The notes under the pieces are model-generated. The model saw nothing but the letters and a program-made list of their open reading frames with translations, was not told the origin of the DNA and did not search any database. 64,000 bases of DNA, taken from a virus. The position numbers and the translations under genes are program-made. The stretch lies in IMG/VR virus record IMGVR_UViG_3300033144_003744, positions 22,904-86,903 of that record. One strand, written 5' to 3'. This document shows, one piece after another, positions 49,529 to 59,550 of the stretch (positions are counted from its first letter, which is position 1; each line of letters opens with the position of its first letter).

Positions 49529-49816
49529 ATGGAAGCATTTCACCAAGGAGGTACTGTAGAGATAATAGTATATGTTTATACATATGCTGATGTATTGGCT
49601 GCCCAAGACGGATTAACAGTTACTATCAACAAACCAGATGGTACAGAAACATTAGCTGCTACTTCGATGGATAATGATGCAGTTGGTACATACAGTTATA
49701 ATTACACATTAGCCGCAGATGCAGATAAAGGTGTTTGGACTGTTAGTGTAAAGGCAACTAGTAATTCAGATTATACAATACAAAATGATCTTTTTAAAGT
49801 AGTTACTGCGATTTAA
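49529..49816 (+). CDS. small Ig-like virion protein, paralog of 45774
   Basis: FHQGGTV...QDGLTVTINKPDGTE...GVWTVSV...NDLFKVV. Confidence 0.6.
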   Translation: MEAFHQGGTVEIIVYVYTYADVLAAQDGLTVTINKPDGTETLAATSMDNDAVGTYSYNYTLAADADKGVWTVSVKATSNSDYTIQNDLFKVVTAI

Positions 49817-49874
49817 TAAATTATAATTATTAAGTACAATTTTTTAGTACTTATAATAAATATGAGGATGTAAA

Positions 49875-51191
49875 ATGATCCAATGGAACGCAAGATTTAA
49901 TGCATCATCTTCAAAACAAGAAGATGAGCTTAATATCATTATGCTTCAGGGAGTTCTCATAGATAGCACAGTGAATTCTAATGGTTGGCAGATTCAAGAT
50001 GAAGATCTTGCAGATATTGCTAAACAATCAGTTGGTGCACAACTGAGATTAGACCATAGTGCCGATGTCCAAAAAGTCAAGGGACAAATATTAGAAGCGG
50101 AAATTGATCACCCTCACAGTGAGGATAAAGGACCACATGACCCTGCTAATGAACACATGCATATACATTTTAAGGCCGAAGTGGTTACGGATGACCCAAC
50201 TCTTATTATACCTATATCAAGAGGTTATGTCAATCGTGTATCCATTGGTGCAGATGCTAAAACAGTATTTTGTGCTCAATGTGGTAAACCAACTAGACCT
50301 AAAAAAATATGTAATTGTAAGTCACATGAAATTTTGAAGGACATAATTGTACGAGAATACTCAATTGTCACCACACCAGCCTATGAGAGTGCAGTATTTA
50401 CTCCATTTGCTGCTGCGATTGATAAATTTCTAGAAGATGATATTATGAGTGAAGAAAAAGAATCTACCACTATAAGTGACGGTGCAACTGTACATGTTAC
50501 TTCTGATACGACCAATATTAATTATTTTAATTCAACACATGGAATAGATACTATTCCAGCTGTTGTTACTACAGATTTAACTGGTTCTTCAACTAGTTTT
50601 GTAGCATCAGAAAAAGAAGAGAGTGAAGAATTAAAAGAAGAAGAATTAAAAGAAGTTGAAGCAGAAGTGGATCATAAAGTAGATCCAAATGAAGCACCTA
50701 AAGATTTTATAGTGAATGTAAATAAAGATGAAATTAAAGACCCCGGTGTTATAGATAAGGCTGAGGACGAGGATGATAATATGGACGAAGATATGAAAGA
50801 AAGAGATGATAAGATTGCAGCACTTACTGCTGCTGTTGAAAGCCTTGTTGCTTCATTGACTGCTGTAAAAGCAGAAGCTGAAGAAGACGAGGATAAAGAA
50901 AAGATGGAAGCTGAAGAGGACGAAGAAGAGAAAGTCGAAGCTATGGATGGACATCCGTTTAAGGAAAAGAATGTCGATCATGGTAGTCCTGAAAACCCAA
51001 CTGGTGCAGAGCCCGAAGTACATGATGCCCCAGATAAATATCCGGTAAATGAAAAAGATATTAAGATTCCTAAGAAAACTCCAGCATTGGGTGTTTCTGC
51101 GGGATTGATTAGTACTGGCAGTATAGGTATTGATGTAGAAAGTGGTTCTGTGAATGAAATATTTGGATTTGCAGCAAACCATCAGATTTAA
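49875..51191 (+). CDS. head maturation protease fused to acidic scaffold
   Basis: NSNGW, LDH, VSIG..CxxCG, EYSIVTTPAY; E/D-rich C-terminal half. Confidence 0.8.
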   Translation: MIQWNARFNASSSKQEDELNIIMLQGVLIDSTVNSNGWQIQDEDLADIAKQSVGAQLRLDHSADVQKVKGQILEAEIDHPHSEDKGPHDPANEHMHIHFKAEVVTDDPTLIIPISRGYVNRVSIGADAKTVFCAQCGKPTRPKKICNCKSHEILKDIIVREYSIVTTPAYESAVFTPFAAAIDKFLEDDIMSEEKESTTISDGATVHVTSDTTNINYFNSTHGIDTIPAVVTTDLTGSSTSFVASEKEESEELKEEELKEVEAEVDHKVDPNEAPKDFIVNVNKDEIKDPGVIDKAEDEDDNMDEDMKERDDKIAALTAAVESLVASLTAVKAEAEEDEDKEKMEAEEDEEEKVEAMDGHPFKEKNVDHGSPENPTGAEPEVHDAPDKYPVNEKDIKIPKKTPALGVSAGLISTGSIGIDVESGSVNEIFGFAANHQI

Positions 51192-51204
51192 ATGAGGTAT
51201 AAAA

Positions 51205-51696
51205 ATGACAGGTTATAATAATGAAGGTAATTTAGTAGATAAGAAAGCATGGAATTTGCATATGAGTGCAAGGCCCGATGCAGCTGTTTCAGTTGCTGGT
51301 GCTAGTGCATTTACATTGACAACTGTTGGGGATATTCCGGCTGGTGCAATTTTGATTCCGGGTTCAACTGCTGGACGTGTGGATATTTCCCTCGGTGCAG
51401 GAGATGAAACAATGCTTGGTATAGCGACGTATACCAGACAGCAGGGTGATGACAGACCATTGACCTATACCGTTCTTGGATATGTGGAAATGATTGCAGG
51501 TACTGGTGGAGTTACTGCGGGTGACTTGCTTAAATCCGATGATCAGGCAGCATATTATGGTACTGCTATTCCTTGGGCAACTGATGATACTAATAATGCA
51601 TCATTGCTAACGGCTAAAAAGGCATGTTTTGGTAAAGCTCTTTCTACCGCAGCTGCTGGTGCAAGATTCTTGGCACATGTGAATTTCATGAAATAA
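51205..51696 (+). CDS. capsid decoration/cement protein
   Basis: G/A-rich, LGIA, VTAGDLL, GKAL; immediately upstream of MCP. Confidence 0.7.
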   Translation: MTGYNNEGNLVDKKAWNLHMSARPDAAVSVAGASAFTLTTVGDIPAGAILIPGSTAGRVDISLGAGDETMLGIATYTRQQGDDRPLTYTVLGYVEMIAGTGGVTAGDLLKSDDQAAYYGTAIPWATDDTNNASLLTAKKACFGKALSTAAAGARFLAHVNFMK

Positions 51697-51714
51697 TTAT
51701 AAGGTGAATAAAAA

Positions 51715-52617
51715 ATGACAAATGATATGAGTGAAGTGGGCATTTCTGGTCTTGGTGGTACAAATGTACCCAACCAGTTAATGTTTCCAAATCTTTCACA
51801 GAATATAGTAGAAACAGCACTTCCTGCACAGATATTCAGGCAGTTGTTCGTACAGCTCCCAACTCAGGCACAGGCTGTTGTAGTTCCCGTTGAAGGTGGA
51901 AGTAAGACCGCAGTAGCAAGCAGACTTGGCGAGGGTGACGAGATAGATCTCGATATTGCACCTATCACATCTAGTACCGTAACCACGTATAAGATTGGTC
52001 ATGGTTATCCTGTAACAAGGGAAATGATTCAGTTCCAACAGGCACCAATCATTCAGCAGTATCTGAAGAGACTTGGTATGAGAATGGGTAACACCATCGA
52101 TTACGATTGTGCTCAGGTAGTTTCTGGATCAGGCGCAACATCAACTGGAGCAGCTGGAAAATCACTTGGTATGGATATGACCGAAACTACTCTTGCTGGC
52201 ACTATTGGTCAGTACGATATTGTTGATGCAATCTCAAGGATGCAGGTTAATAACTTGTTCCCGAATACTCTTGTTGTTAATCCAACTGGATTTAGCCATT
52301 TGAGGAAACTTCCTATGTATAATTCAGCAATGCTTTATGGTGAACCCGTTTATCAGTCTGGTGAGATGGGTCACATTGAAGGTCTTGTTGTGCTTATGTC
52401 TCAGAACTGTCCAAGTGGAGAAGCATATGTAATTAACGGAAACGTTACTGCATCACCACAGGGTCAGTATACTCCTATGGGTTATTTCTGTGAGTCTCTT
52501 CCAATTCAGACCATGATGAGAGAGAATCCCCAGAGAGATGCATATGAAGTATATGCTGTTGCTATGTATGCACCAGCAGTTGTAAAAACTGATTGTATAG
52601 AGATTATAACATACTAG
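51715..52617 (+). CDS. major capsid protein (HK97 fold)
   Basis: position; EGDEI, KIG..VTREMI, LVVNP, GHIEGL motifs; followed by terminator hairpins. Confidence 0.85.
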   Translation: MTNDMSEVGISGLGGTNVPNQLMFPNLSQNIVETALPAQIFRQLFVQLPTQAQAVVVPVEGGSKTAVASRLGEGDEIDLDIAPITSSTVTTYKIGHGYPVTREMIQFQQAPIIQQYLKRLGMRMGNTIDYDCAQVVSGSGATSTGAAGKSLGMDMTETTLAGTIGQYDIVDAISRMQVNNLFPNTLVVNPTGFSHLRKLPMYNSAMLYGEPVYQSGEMGHIEGLVVLMSQNCPSGEAYVINGNVTASPQGQYTPMGYFCESLPIQTMMRENPQRDAYEVYAVAMYAPAVVKTDCIEIITY

Positions 52618-52661
52618 TGTATTAACACTAGTTTGGTTGTGAGGGAGCTTAGGTTCCCTCA
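52613..52661 (+). terminator. two hairpins after MCP
   Basis: ACTAGTGT..ACACTAGT and TGAGGGAGC..GTTCCCTCA. Confidence 0.55.
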
Positions 52662-52684
52662 TTATTTAACTTAGGAGATTAATA

Positions 52685-53275
52685 ATGGTAAATACATATA
52701 AACGTGGTAGTGCGGGAGATATAGATAACAGTCCTGCTGTCACAATTAATAACACTCCAATTACAGCAGATAATGTTGGAACTGCTAATACTGGAGTTAC
52801 TGCCGTAGAATATGGTGACGGTTATAATCATACTACGGTTCTTACTATTGCTGTCACAGATGCAATAACAGTAGATGATGATGCTGCACTTGCAGATGGA
52901 TATCTTGTTTACACCTTTCCGGCAGGGGCTATTATAGTTAATTCAGGTTATTTATCTGGTGCTATATCTGTTGCTGAAGATACAACAAATAGTGCAGCAG
53001 AAGCAGCTCTTGGAACCACAATGGCTGCGGGTGCAGTTGCTACTATTGGTGCATCAGCGGCTACTGATGAGGATATTTCAGATCCTGCTGCCTCAATAAC
53101 TTGTGACGGTGTTGCAGAAGTTGTAACAATGTTAGCAACTGATGTATTAATTGCAACGGGCGATGCTCATACAGTTCATTTTAATATAGCATCAACTTGG
53201 GGTAATACAGCAGGTACGGATTTAACTGGTGATATTTCAGGAACAGCTGTAATAAATTGGAAATTTGTAGCTTAA
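52685..53275 (+). CDS. putative virion structural protein
   Basis: A/T/D-rich 196 aa, followed by hairpin AATTGGGT..ACCCAATT plus T-tract. Confidence 0.55.
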   Translation: MVNTYKRGSAGDIDNSPAVTINNTPITADNVGTANTGVTAVEYGDGYNHTTVLTIAVTDAITVDDDAALADGYLVYTFPAGAIIVNSGYLSGAISVAEDTTNSAAEAALGTTMAAGAVATIGASAATDEDISDPAASITCDGVAEVVTMLATDVLIATGDAHTVHFNIASTWGNTAGTDLTGDISGTAVINWKFVA

Positions 53276-53321
53276 TTGGGTACAATACCCAATTTTTCAT
53301 TTTTATAATAAAGGTGATTTT

Positions 53322-53594
53322 ATGGCTGATGGAGAAGGAATAGCTAATTTTGAGTCAATGTTTCAGTCTGTCACAGATACGGTGAGGGATATGAGTGATT
53401 TAAAAAAATCAATTGAAAAGGAAATTAAAGATTTAAGAAATGACATATATCCTATAATGCAAAATTGTGATCTTAGAATAACTGCTTTAGAGAAAAAGGT
53501 AGATATATGGGAACGTATTAGATTTGTTGGTGTTGGTGGGGCATTTGGTATATTGTTGACTATAGTAATGTTATTTTTAACAGGATTTGTATAA
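53322..53594 (+). CDS. coiled coil plus C-terminal TM protein
   Basis: RITALEK coil then hydrophobic tail. Confidence 0.55.
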   Translation: MADGEGIANFESMFQSVTDTVRDMSDLKKSIEKEIKDLRNDIYPIMQNCDLRITALEKKVDIWERIRFVGVGGAFGILLTIVMLFLTGFV

Positions 53595-54089
53595 ATGACT
53601 ACAATTGTAAATGAAGTAAAGGCTACAGTATTAGCGTTATTCAATGCTAATGATTTAGATGCAGATAATAAATATATTTTATATGGTATGAAAATATATG
53701 ATTCAACCATAGATTATACCATAACAATGTCTTACAATTATCTTGACGAACTAATAGGTTCTACAAAAATGGCTTTAACCGCAAATAGAAATCGTATTGT
53801 AGCTTGCTGTGTGGATTTATCTGCTGTTAGAATTTATGCGACATTAGGTGGAATATCCATACCAACACATTACAATTACAAAATTGGGGAACTTACAGTC
53901 ACAAAAAACGTTAATCCTATGATTGAGCAAGGCTTAAAAATGCACATGATGAGTGCAAAACAATGGTTTAAAATTCTAATGTCAGATACATGGGCTAAGG
54001 TTGGGCAACAAGATGATCTTACGTATTTAAGCCCAATATATAATGATAATTATGGACATGATGTTATAACATATGATGCACAGATATAA
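53595..54089 (+). CDS. putative head-tail adaptor
   Basis: position; helical protein with YKIGELTV hairpin. Confidence 0.55.
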   Translation: MTTIVNEVKATVLALFNANDLDADNKYILYGMKIYDSTIDYTITMSYNYLDELIGSTKMALTANRNRIVACCVDLSAVRIYATLGGISIPTHYNYKIGELTVTKNVNPMIEQGLKMHMMSAKQWFKILMSDTWAKVGQQDDLTYLSPIYNDNYGHDVITYDAQI

Positions 54090-54279
54090 ATATATTAGAG
54101 GGATTTAAAATGAAATGTAGATATTTTGAAGATGAGGAATGTGATAGTAGAGTAATTAGTGATAAAGTATGCAGTAATTGTTTGATTAAAAGACAAGCTA
54201 GTGTTCTGGCAGATATTGATAAGAGAGTAAAAAATATTGAAAAACTACTATCTAAAAAGACAACTAGAAAGTGATATAA

Positions 54280-54651
54280 ATGACAATTTTTTCTCCAGAA
54301 CAAGTTGATTTTAATCAAATAATAGAAGATGTTGGACAAACAATTGTTGTTAGAACAGTCGCAAGAACAAAGGATGCAAATGATAGAATAACGGGTATTT
54401 CTACATCAGATACTTCTATTTCTGCCGTGGTAGATGAAGTGGATGATAAAAGATTTGATTTATTACAAAGTGGCTACTACAGTATTGGAGATGTCAATTT
54501 TTATATTGACCCAAATATAACTGTGGAAGTATTTGATAAAATAATTTGGAATAACGAAATATATGGAATTAAAAAATTAAATTACCCCCCTAAAATAGCA
54601 GGACATTATGCATATCTTGAACTTCATTGTGTTCGTGGTACAGAGGTATAA
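54280..54651 (+). CDS. putative head closure (stopper) protein
   Basis: GQTIVVR...GD..FY...DKIIW..Y.I pattern and position. Confidence 0.6.
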   Translation: MTIFSPEQVDFNQIIEDVGQTIVVRTVARTKDANDRITGISTSDTSISAVVDEVDDKRFDLLQSGYYSIGDVNFYIDPNITVEVFDKIIWNNEIYGIKKLNYPPKIAGHYAYLELHCVRGTEV

Positions 54652-54657
54652 AAACAC

Positions 54658-55146
54658 ATGAAAAATATATCTAATTGGATTGAACAGGAACAAGATAAAC
54701 ATTTTTGTCATTGTGGGTGTAATGGTATAATTATAATAAAGAAACATCATCGTTGTAGAGGTATTCCACAATATTTAAATGGACATTTTAGTAAAATTAA
54801 TCCTTATTGGAAAAATAAACGTCGATTAGTAGATCAATGTGGTATAAAAAATCCAAATTATAACCCAAATAAAACAGATGAAGAAAGATTATATGGAAGA
54901 TATCACCCAGAATATAAAGAATGGAGAAAATTAGTGTTTAAACGTGATTCATATACCTGTCAAATTTGTGGTAATGGTGGTAATTTAAATGCACATCATC
55001 TTGAAGGTTTTAATAATAACTTAAATCTTAGAACTACGCTTTCAAATGGTATAACTTTGTGTAAAAGATGTCATAATAACTTTCATCATCAATTTGGTAG
55101 GGGTAATAATACTAAGGAACAATTTATAAAATTCATAGGTGTATAA
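54658..55146 (+). CDS. HNH endonuclease
   Basis: CHCGC; WRKLVFKRDSYTCQICG..LNAHH..NGITLCKRCH. Confidence 0.88.
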   Translation: MKNISNWIEQEQDKHFCHCGCNGIIIIKKHHRCRGIPQYLNGHFSKINPYWKNKRRLVDQCGIKNPNYNPNKTDEERLYGRYHPEYKEWRKLVFKRDSYTCQICGNGGNLNAHHLEGFNNNLNLRTTLSNGITLCKRCHNNFHHQFGRGNNTKEQFIKFIGV

Positions 55147-55315
55147 ATATGACAGTAAAACGTTGTCCTTCATGTGGAGGACTTTGGACAATTGAATCTG
55201 AAAGACGAAATAAATGTATGATTTGTCAAAAATATTTACAAAATTGGGCTGAACTAAGAGAAGCATCTGATTGGGTTAAAATATATAAAAATGCCGGGCA
55301 ATATGGGATATAATT

Positions 55316-55762
55316 ATGGCTTCAATAGACATGGTTATTACTGTTAAACATGATCCAGAAATGAAGAAAATTGCTGAAAAAGTTAGTGAAGAAATTACTG
55401 ATTATATTTATAATGAAGCAGTAAGTTTAGCTAAAACCAAAATGGAAGACTCATCTGGTAATTTAGCTTCTGGAATAGAAAAGGGCGATGTTTCAAAAAC
55501 AAGTAATAAAATAACAAGTGTAATATCTTCAACTAAACTTCATTCTTCACATGTTGAATGGGGCACTGGTTTATATGGTGAAAAAGAGGCCCCACATTAT
55601 ATATATCCCACAACAAAAAAGGTATTAGTGTTTGAAAAAAATGGCGAAAAAATATTTGCTGCTAAAACAAGGGGGCAATATCCTAAGCCATTCATGCGAG
55701 GAAGTGTATATAAATTAAGAGCCAATTTAAAAAGTTTATTAAGAAGGTGGACTAAGGAATGA
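55316..55762 (+). CDS. HK97 gp10-like neck/tail-completion protein
   Basis: SGNLASGI, HVEWGTG, GQYPKPFMR. Confidence 0.75.
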   Translation: MASIDMVITVKHDPEMKKIAEKVSEEITDYIYNEAVSLAKTKMEDSSGNLASGIEKGDVSKTSNKITSVISSTKLHSSHVEWGTGLYGEKEAPHYIYPTTKKVLVFEKNGEKIFAAKTRGQYPKPFMRGSVYKLRANLKSLLRRWTKE

Positions 55763-56235
55763 ATGAACCAGTAATTTTAATGAGAGACTTTTTAAGAAGT
55801 AACATGACAGATCCAGATGCTACCAGATTAGCTGGTGGTACAAATTGGATTTATGATGATTTTCCACGCCATGACCTTTCTTCTAGTTCATATCCCAGAG
55901 TTAGTATTATTGAAACAAACGAATCGTCTGAACCATTAGGATTTAGAAGTGATAATTTTTGGACTACAGTAGATTTACAAGTAGATGTTTGGGTTAAGGA
56001 AGATACATTTTATACAATAGATACAGTTTATTATGCAGATATTGCATTATGTAGAAAAATTGCTAGAAATACTAGTGAAGCTGTTAGAAATAATTGGACT
56101 GATCTAGCAGATGCAAATAGTTTTTTAACAATAAAAATGACAGGTAAAACTCCACCAAATTATGATTTTAATTATAAAGTATGGAGAATTACTATTGATT
56201 ATGAATTAGAAACAAATATAAAAGATGGATATTAA
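55759..56235 (+). CDS. tail terminator
   Basis: YPRVSI, LQVDVW; position before tail tube. Confidence 0.65.
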   Translation: MNEPVILMRDFLRSNMTDPDATRLAGGTNWIYDDFPRHDLSSSSYPRVSIIETNESSEPLGFRSDNFWTTVDLQVDVWVKEDTFYTIDTVYYADIALCRKIARNTSEAVRNNWTDLADANSFLTIKMTGKTPPNYDFNYKVWRITIDYELETNIKDGY

Positions 56236-56248
56236 GGAGATATAAAAT

Positions 56249-57493
56249 ATGCCAAGTGGTGCACAAGTATCCCTACTTTATGGTTGGGAACGTTATTTTG
56301 ATTCAGTGACCAATGCCTGGACTGGTACTTATGGTACAGCGGGCACGGAAAACAAAGTGTTTGGACATGGTCAGAAGATATCAAGTTTAGAGAGAAATAA
56401 TAATATAGAAACTATTTGGGGTCTTGGAAGCAGGACTGCTCAAGTGGAATTAGAGAAACAATTTACAGGGAGTTTTTCAGTAGAATTTCTTTTAAGTAAT
56501 CCGTATTTTTTTAGATACGTATTAGGAAATGGATTTGTAGTAAGAGCAGATGCAGCAGCCGGAGGTACAGAAGCTTTAGGAACAGCTGTAAGTTCTGGAG
56601 ATAAAGTCCTTCCAGTAGCTAGTACAACTGATTTTACTGCTGGAGATTTTATTAGAACATATATAAGTACTAATGATGAAGAATTTGATATGGTAAAAAC
56701 AATAACTGCCGATACATCTATCGAAACTTATTCTGGTATGATATATGATCATGCAATTACTACAACAACTATTGATGAATGGGATTCAGTTGCTGCCGGA
56801 GATGTTTATATTCATTCATATGGTGAATTAGAAACACTTCCTAGTTTAACCATTCAAAATTCAATAGATTTAAGCACTGATATAAAGATAGTCTTGTTAG
56901 GATGTGTAAATACCACTACAAGTATATCAGCAGCAATTAATGAACCAGTTACAGTAACTTGTGATTTTGCTTATGCAGATGAAGATTTTACAGAAGAAGC
57001 ATTTATATCACAAACTGCTGAGACATATGATTTATTTAGTTTTGCACATGGAACTTTATATAAAGTAAATAAAACAGGAACAACTACGACTTTATCTAAT
57101 ATTCAAAGTTTTGATTTAGATATTACTCAGAATGCAGAAGTTGTATATGGACTTGGTAATAGAGTTGGACAAACAGCATTAGGTAAAAATAGGGATTATT
57201 CTATTAAAATAACTCAATATTTTGAAAGTGCAGCAGATTTACTTAAATTATTTTATAATGGAGCAACAGGTACAGCACCAGGAACAGTTGCAGAAATAAA
57301 TATGAAACTTACCTTTACTAATGGAGAATCTGGTGCAGACGAAAGACAAATAGAACTTCTATTTGGTGGGGTGAAAATAGATACAGAATCTCTACCACAA
57401 TCAGTTGATGCTCCTGTAATGGAAGACGTAACAATGAAGGCTAGATCAATGAAAGTTCTGGCAAAGAATTCAACAGCAGTAATACCAGCATAG
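56249..57493 (+). CDS. major tail (tube) protein with inserted domain
   Basis: YGWE, GLGSR, LPSLTIQ, GCV, YGLGNR; precedes the chaperone/TMP genes. Confidence 0.75.
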   Translation: MPSGAQVSLLYGWERYFDSVTNAWTGTYGTAGTENKVFGHGQKISSLERNNNIETIWGLGSRTAQVELEKQFTGSFSVEFLLSNPYFFRYVLGNGFVVRADAAAGGTEALGTAVSSGDKVLPVASTTDFTAGDFIRTYISTNDEEFDMVKTITADTSIETYSGMIYDHAITTTTIDEWDSVAAGDVYIHSYGELETLPSLTIQNSIDLSTDIKIVLLGCVNTTTSISAAINEPVTVTCDFAYADEDFTEEAFISQTAETYDLFSFAHGTLYKVNKTGTTTTLSNIQSFDLDITQNAEVVYGLGNRVGQTALGKNRDYSIKITQYFESAADLLKLFYNGATGTAPGTVAEINMKLTFTNGESGADERQIELLFGGVKIDTESLPQSVDAPVMEDVTMKARSMKVLAKNSTAVIPA

Positions 57494-57504
57494 AGGAATT
57501 AATT

Positions 57505-57819
57505 ATGAAAGAAATCGAAGTCGATATTTCAGATTGGGCAGATGAATACCCAGACAAGAGTCCTGTGGTTATTTTAAAGAAATTAACGTTTGGGGATTAT
57601 GTGGATCTTCAAGATAAAATAGCAGATATAAAAATTATTGGAACACAACAGATTGTAAATCCTAAATTGGGACAAGCAAAGTTTTTGATGCTTTTAAAGT
57701 CAATTAAGAAAGCACCTTTTGATATAACAGAAGATGGAGTAATGTCAATACCATATGATTTAGGTGAATTTCTTTTTGAAAAAATAGATGAAATGAATTC
57801 GGTGAGCCCAAAAAACTAA
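57505..57819 (+). CDS. tail assembly chaperone (gpG-like)
   Basis: ends in the slippery site CCA AAA AAC TAA. Confidence 0.75.
   Translation: MKEIEVDISDWADEYPDKSPVVILKKLTFGDYVDLQDKIADIKIIGTQQIVNPKLGQAKFLMLLKSIKKAPFDITEDGVMSIPYDLGEFLFEKIDEMNSVSPKN
57810..57816 (+). other. programmed -1 frameshift site (A AAA AAC)
   Basis: -1 frame is open from 57816 into the 57861..58043 ORF. Confidence 0.8.
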
Positions 57820-58043
57820 ATAGGTACAGTTCTGCTTTAAAGGGAAATAGGGACATTCAAATGAATGCTCTTATTTCTAAACATTTATTAGTGTATCATG
57901 GTGTTCAACCTTCTGAAGTTGATAATATGTCTTTTGAAGAAGTTATATATTTTCAGGAATTTGAAAAAGAATTTAGAATACAAAATAATAAAATGATAGC
58001 GGCGGAATTGGCAAAAGTGATTAGTAAAATGTTTGGAGGATAA
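57816..58043 (+). CDS. gpGT-like frameshift extension
   Basis: LNRYSSALKGNRDIQMNA...PSEVDNMSFEE. Confidence 0.7.
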   Translation, partial: LNRYSSALKGNRDIQMNALISKHLLVYHGVQPSEVDNMSFEEVIYFQEFEKEFRIQNNKMIAAELAKVISKMFGG

Positions 58044-58044
58044 A

Positions 58045-59100
58045 ATGCCTAGTTCATTTGAAATTGATGTAGAAGTAAATCTAAAACCACCTAGTAAAGC
58101 CAAAATGAAGAAACAACTTGGAGATGTTGATGTTTCTGCATTTTTTGGAAGAATGGATACAGCTGGTGCAAGGCCAGGAATATTAGATAGATTAATGAAG
58201 GCTAATGTTGGTTTATCCAAAGGAATGTTAGATAAAATCACATTTGGTCTTGGTATATTAACAGGTATATTTGGAGTATTAAAGAAAGTACCATCCATAC
58301 TTCAAGCATCATTAAAATTAATGAGTATAGGTTTTTTACTTATTCTAAAACCAATGGCAGATCTTATTGGGATGATACTTATGCCAATAGCGAAGGCAAT
58401 GATTAAATTGGCTATGTTTTTAGGAGATTTTAAAATTGGTGCTGGTGTAGGTGGTATAGCGGGTATGATACTAGCCATGTTAGCAGCCGTACTATTGGCA
58501 CCAGCTACTTTGAGTGCTGTTGCTACTGGTGCTGTAGTATTAGCAGCTGCATTTGTAGGTGCTATACTTGGTTCTGTACTTGGTGCTATTATAAATTATT
58601 CTTGGGGTAAATTAATAGGTCTTGAAAAGGGTATAATCGGTACATTGATAGTTGATACATTTAAAGATAAATTAGATCCAGAAGGTTTTTGGGGAAAAAT
58701 AATTGGAGTAATTGAAGAATGGGTTAGTGATAAAAAGGATATAAGAAGTTTTTGGGCAGTAATTGCAGATATGATTACTGGAGATAGAGTTACTGGTGGA
58801 AAGGGAGGAGAGAAAACTAATATTTTATCTGGAATTCTTGCCGGAATGGGACCATTTGGTATGATTGCCGATTATGCTCGAAAATCAGCTACTGGTGGTG
58901 TATTTACTTCTCCAACTCCCGCTTTAATCGGTGAAGCTGGACCAGAAGCTGTTATACCCTTAAATCAATTAGGTTCTTTTGGCGGTACTACTATAAATAT
59001 TAGTGGAATAGTAGATGAGTATAAATTTAGAGATATAATTAAAGATGTTGTGAGACAAGAAAATACAGCACATTATGGAGTTACTGGTGGTTCAATATGA
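58045..59100 (+). CDS. short tape measure protein
   Basis: hydrophobic helical body; ATGGVFTSPTPALIGEAGPEAVIPL motif; follows G/GT. Confidence 0.8.
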   Translation: MPSSFEIDVEVNLKPPSKAKMKKQLGDVDVSAFFGRMDTAGARPGILDRLMKANVGLSKGMLDKITFGLGILTGIFGVLKKVPSILQASLKLMSIGFLLILKPMADLIGMILMPIAKAMIKLAMFLGDFKIGAGVGGIAGMILAMLAAVLLAPATLSAVATGAVVLAAAFVGAILGSVLGAIINYSWGKLIGLEKGIIGTLIVDTFKDKLDPEGFWGKIIGVIEEWVSDKKDIRSFWAVIADMITGDRVTGGKGGEKTNILSGILAGMGPFGMIADYARKSATGGVFTSPTPALIGEAGPEAVIPLNQLGSFGGTTINISGIVDEYKFRDIIKDVVRQENTAHYGVTGGSI

Positions 59101-59543
59101 GTTATAGTATAGCATCAGCAGGTGGTGGCAATACAGATACTGTTGTTTTGAATGAAGCTAATAATGCCACGTATGGTAATCCAATGATTCAATCTATGAA
59201 AGTGGGTAAAGAGTCACAAATTATGAAAATACCTATTCCTACAGAAGATTCTGATAAAGCTCTGGGATACGATTTATTGGGTGTGACAAGAGAAATATAT
59301 GTGACTGGAAAGGTTACTGGCACGACAACACAATTAAAAGAATTTATATTTGATATTGAAGGCAAAGTATTTGGTAACCAATATAGCAATACCAATAATG
59401 GACATACATTTAATACAGATATGGCAGGAACTGGAACTACAAGTTATTATGTTATAATAACAGCTTTTAATTGGACATACTCATTTGGTGCACCAGATAA
59501 GATAGATTATACTTTAAATATGATGCAGGTAGATAACTCTTGA
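59097..59543 (+). CDS. distal tail (Dit-like) protein
   Basis: position; DLLGVTREIYVTG, YTLNM. Confidence 0.6.
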   Translation: MSYSIASAGGGNTDTVVLNEANNATYGNPMIQSMKVGKESQIMKIPIPTEDSDKALGYDLLGVTREIYVTGKVTGTTTQLKEFIFDIEGKVFGNQYSNTNNGHTFNTDMAGTGTTSYYVIITAFNWTYSFGAPDKIDYTLNMMQVDNS

Positions 59544-59550
59544 GGTAATT

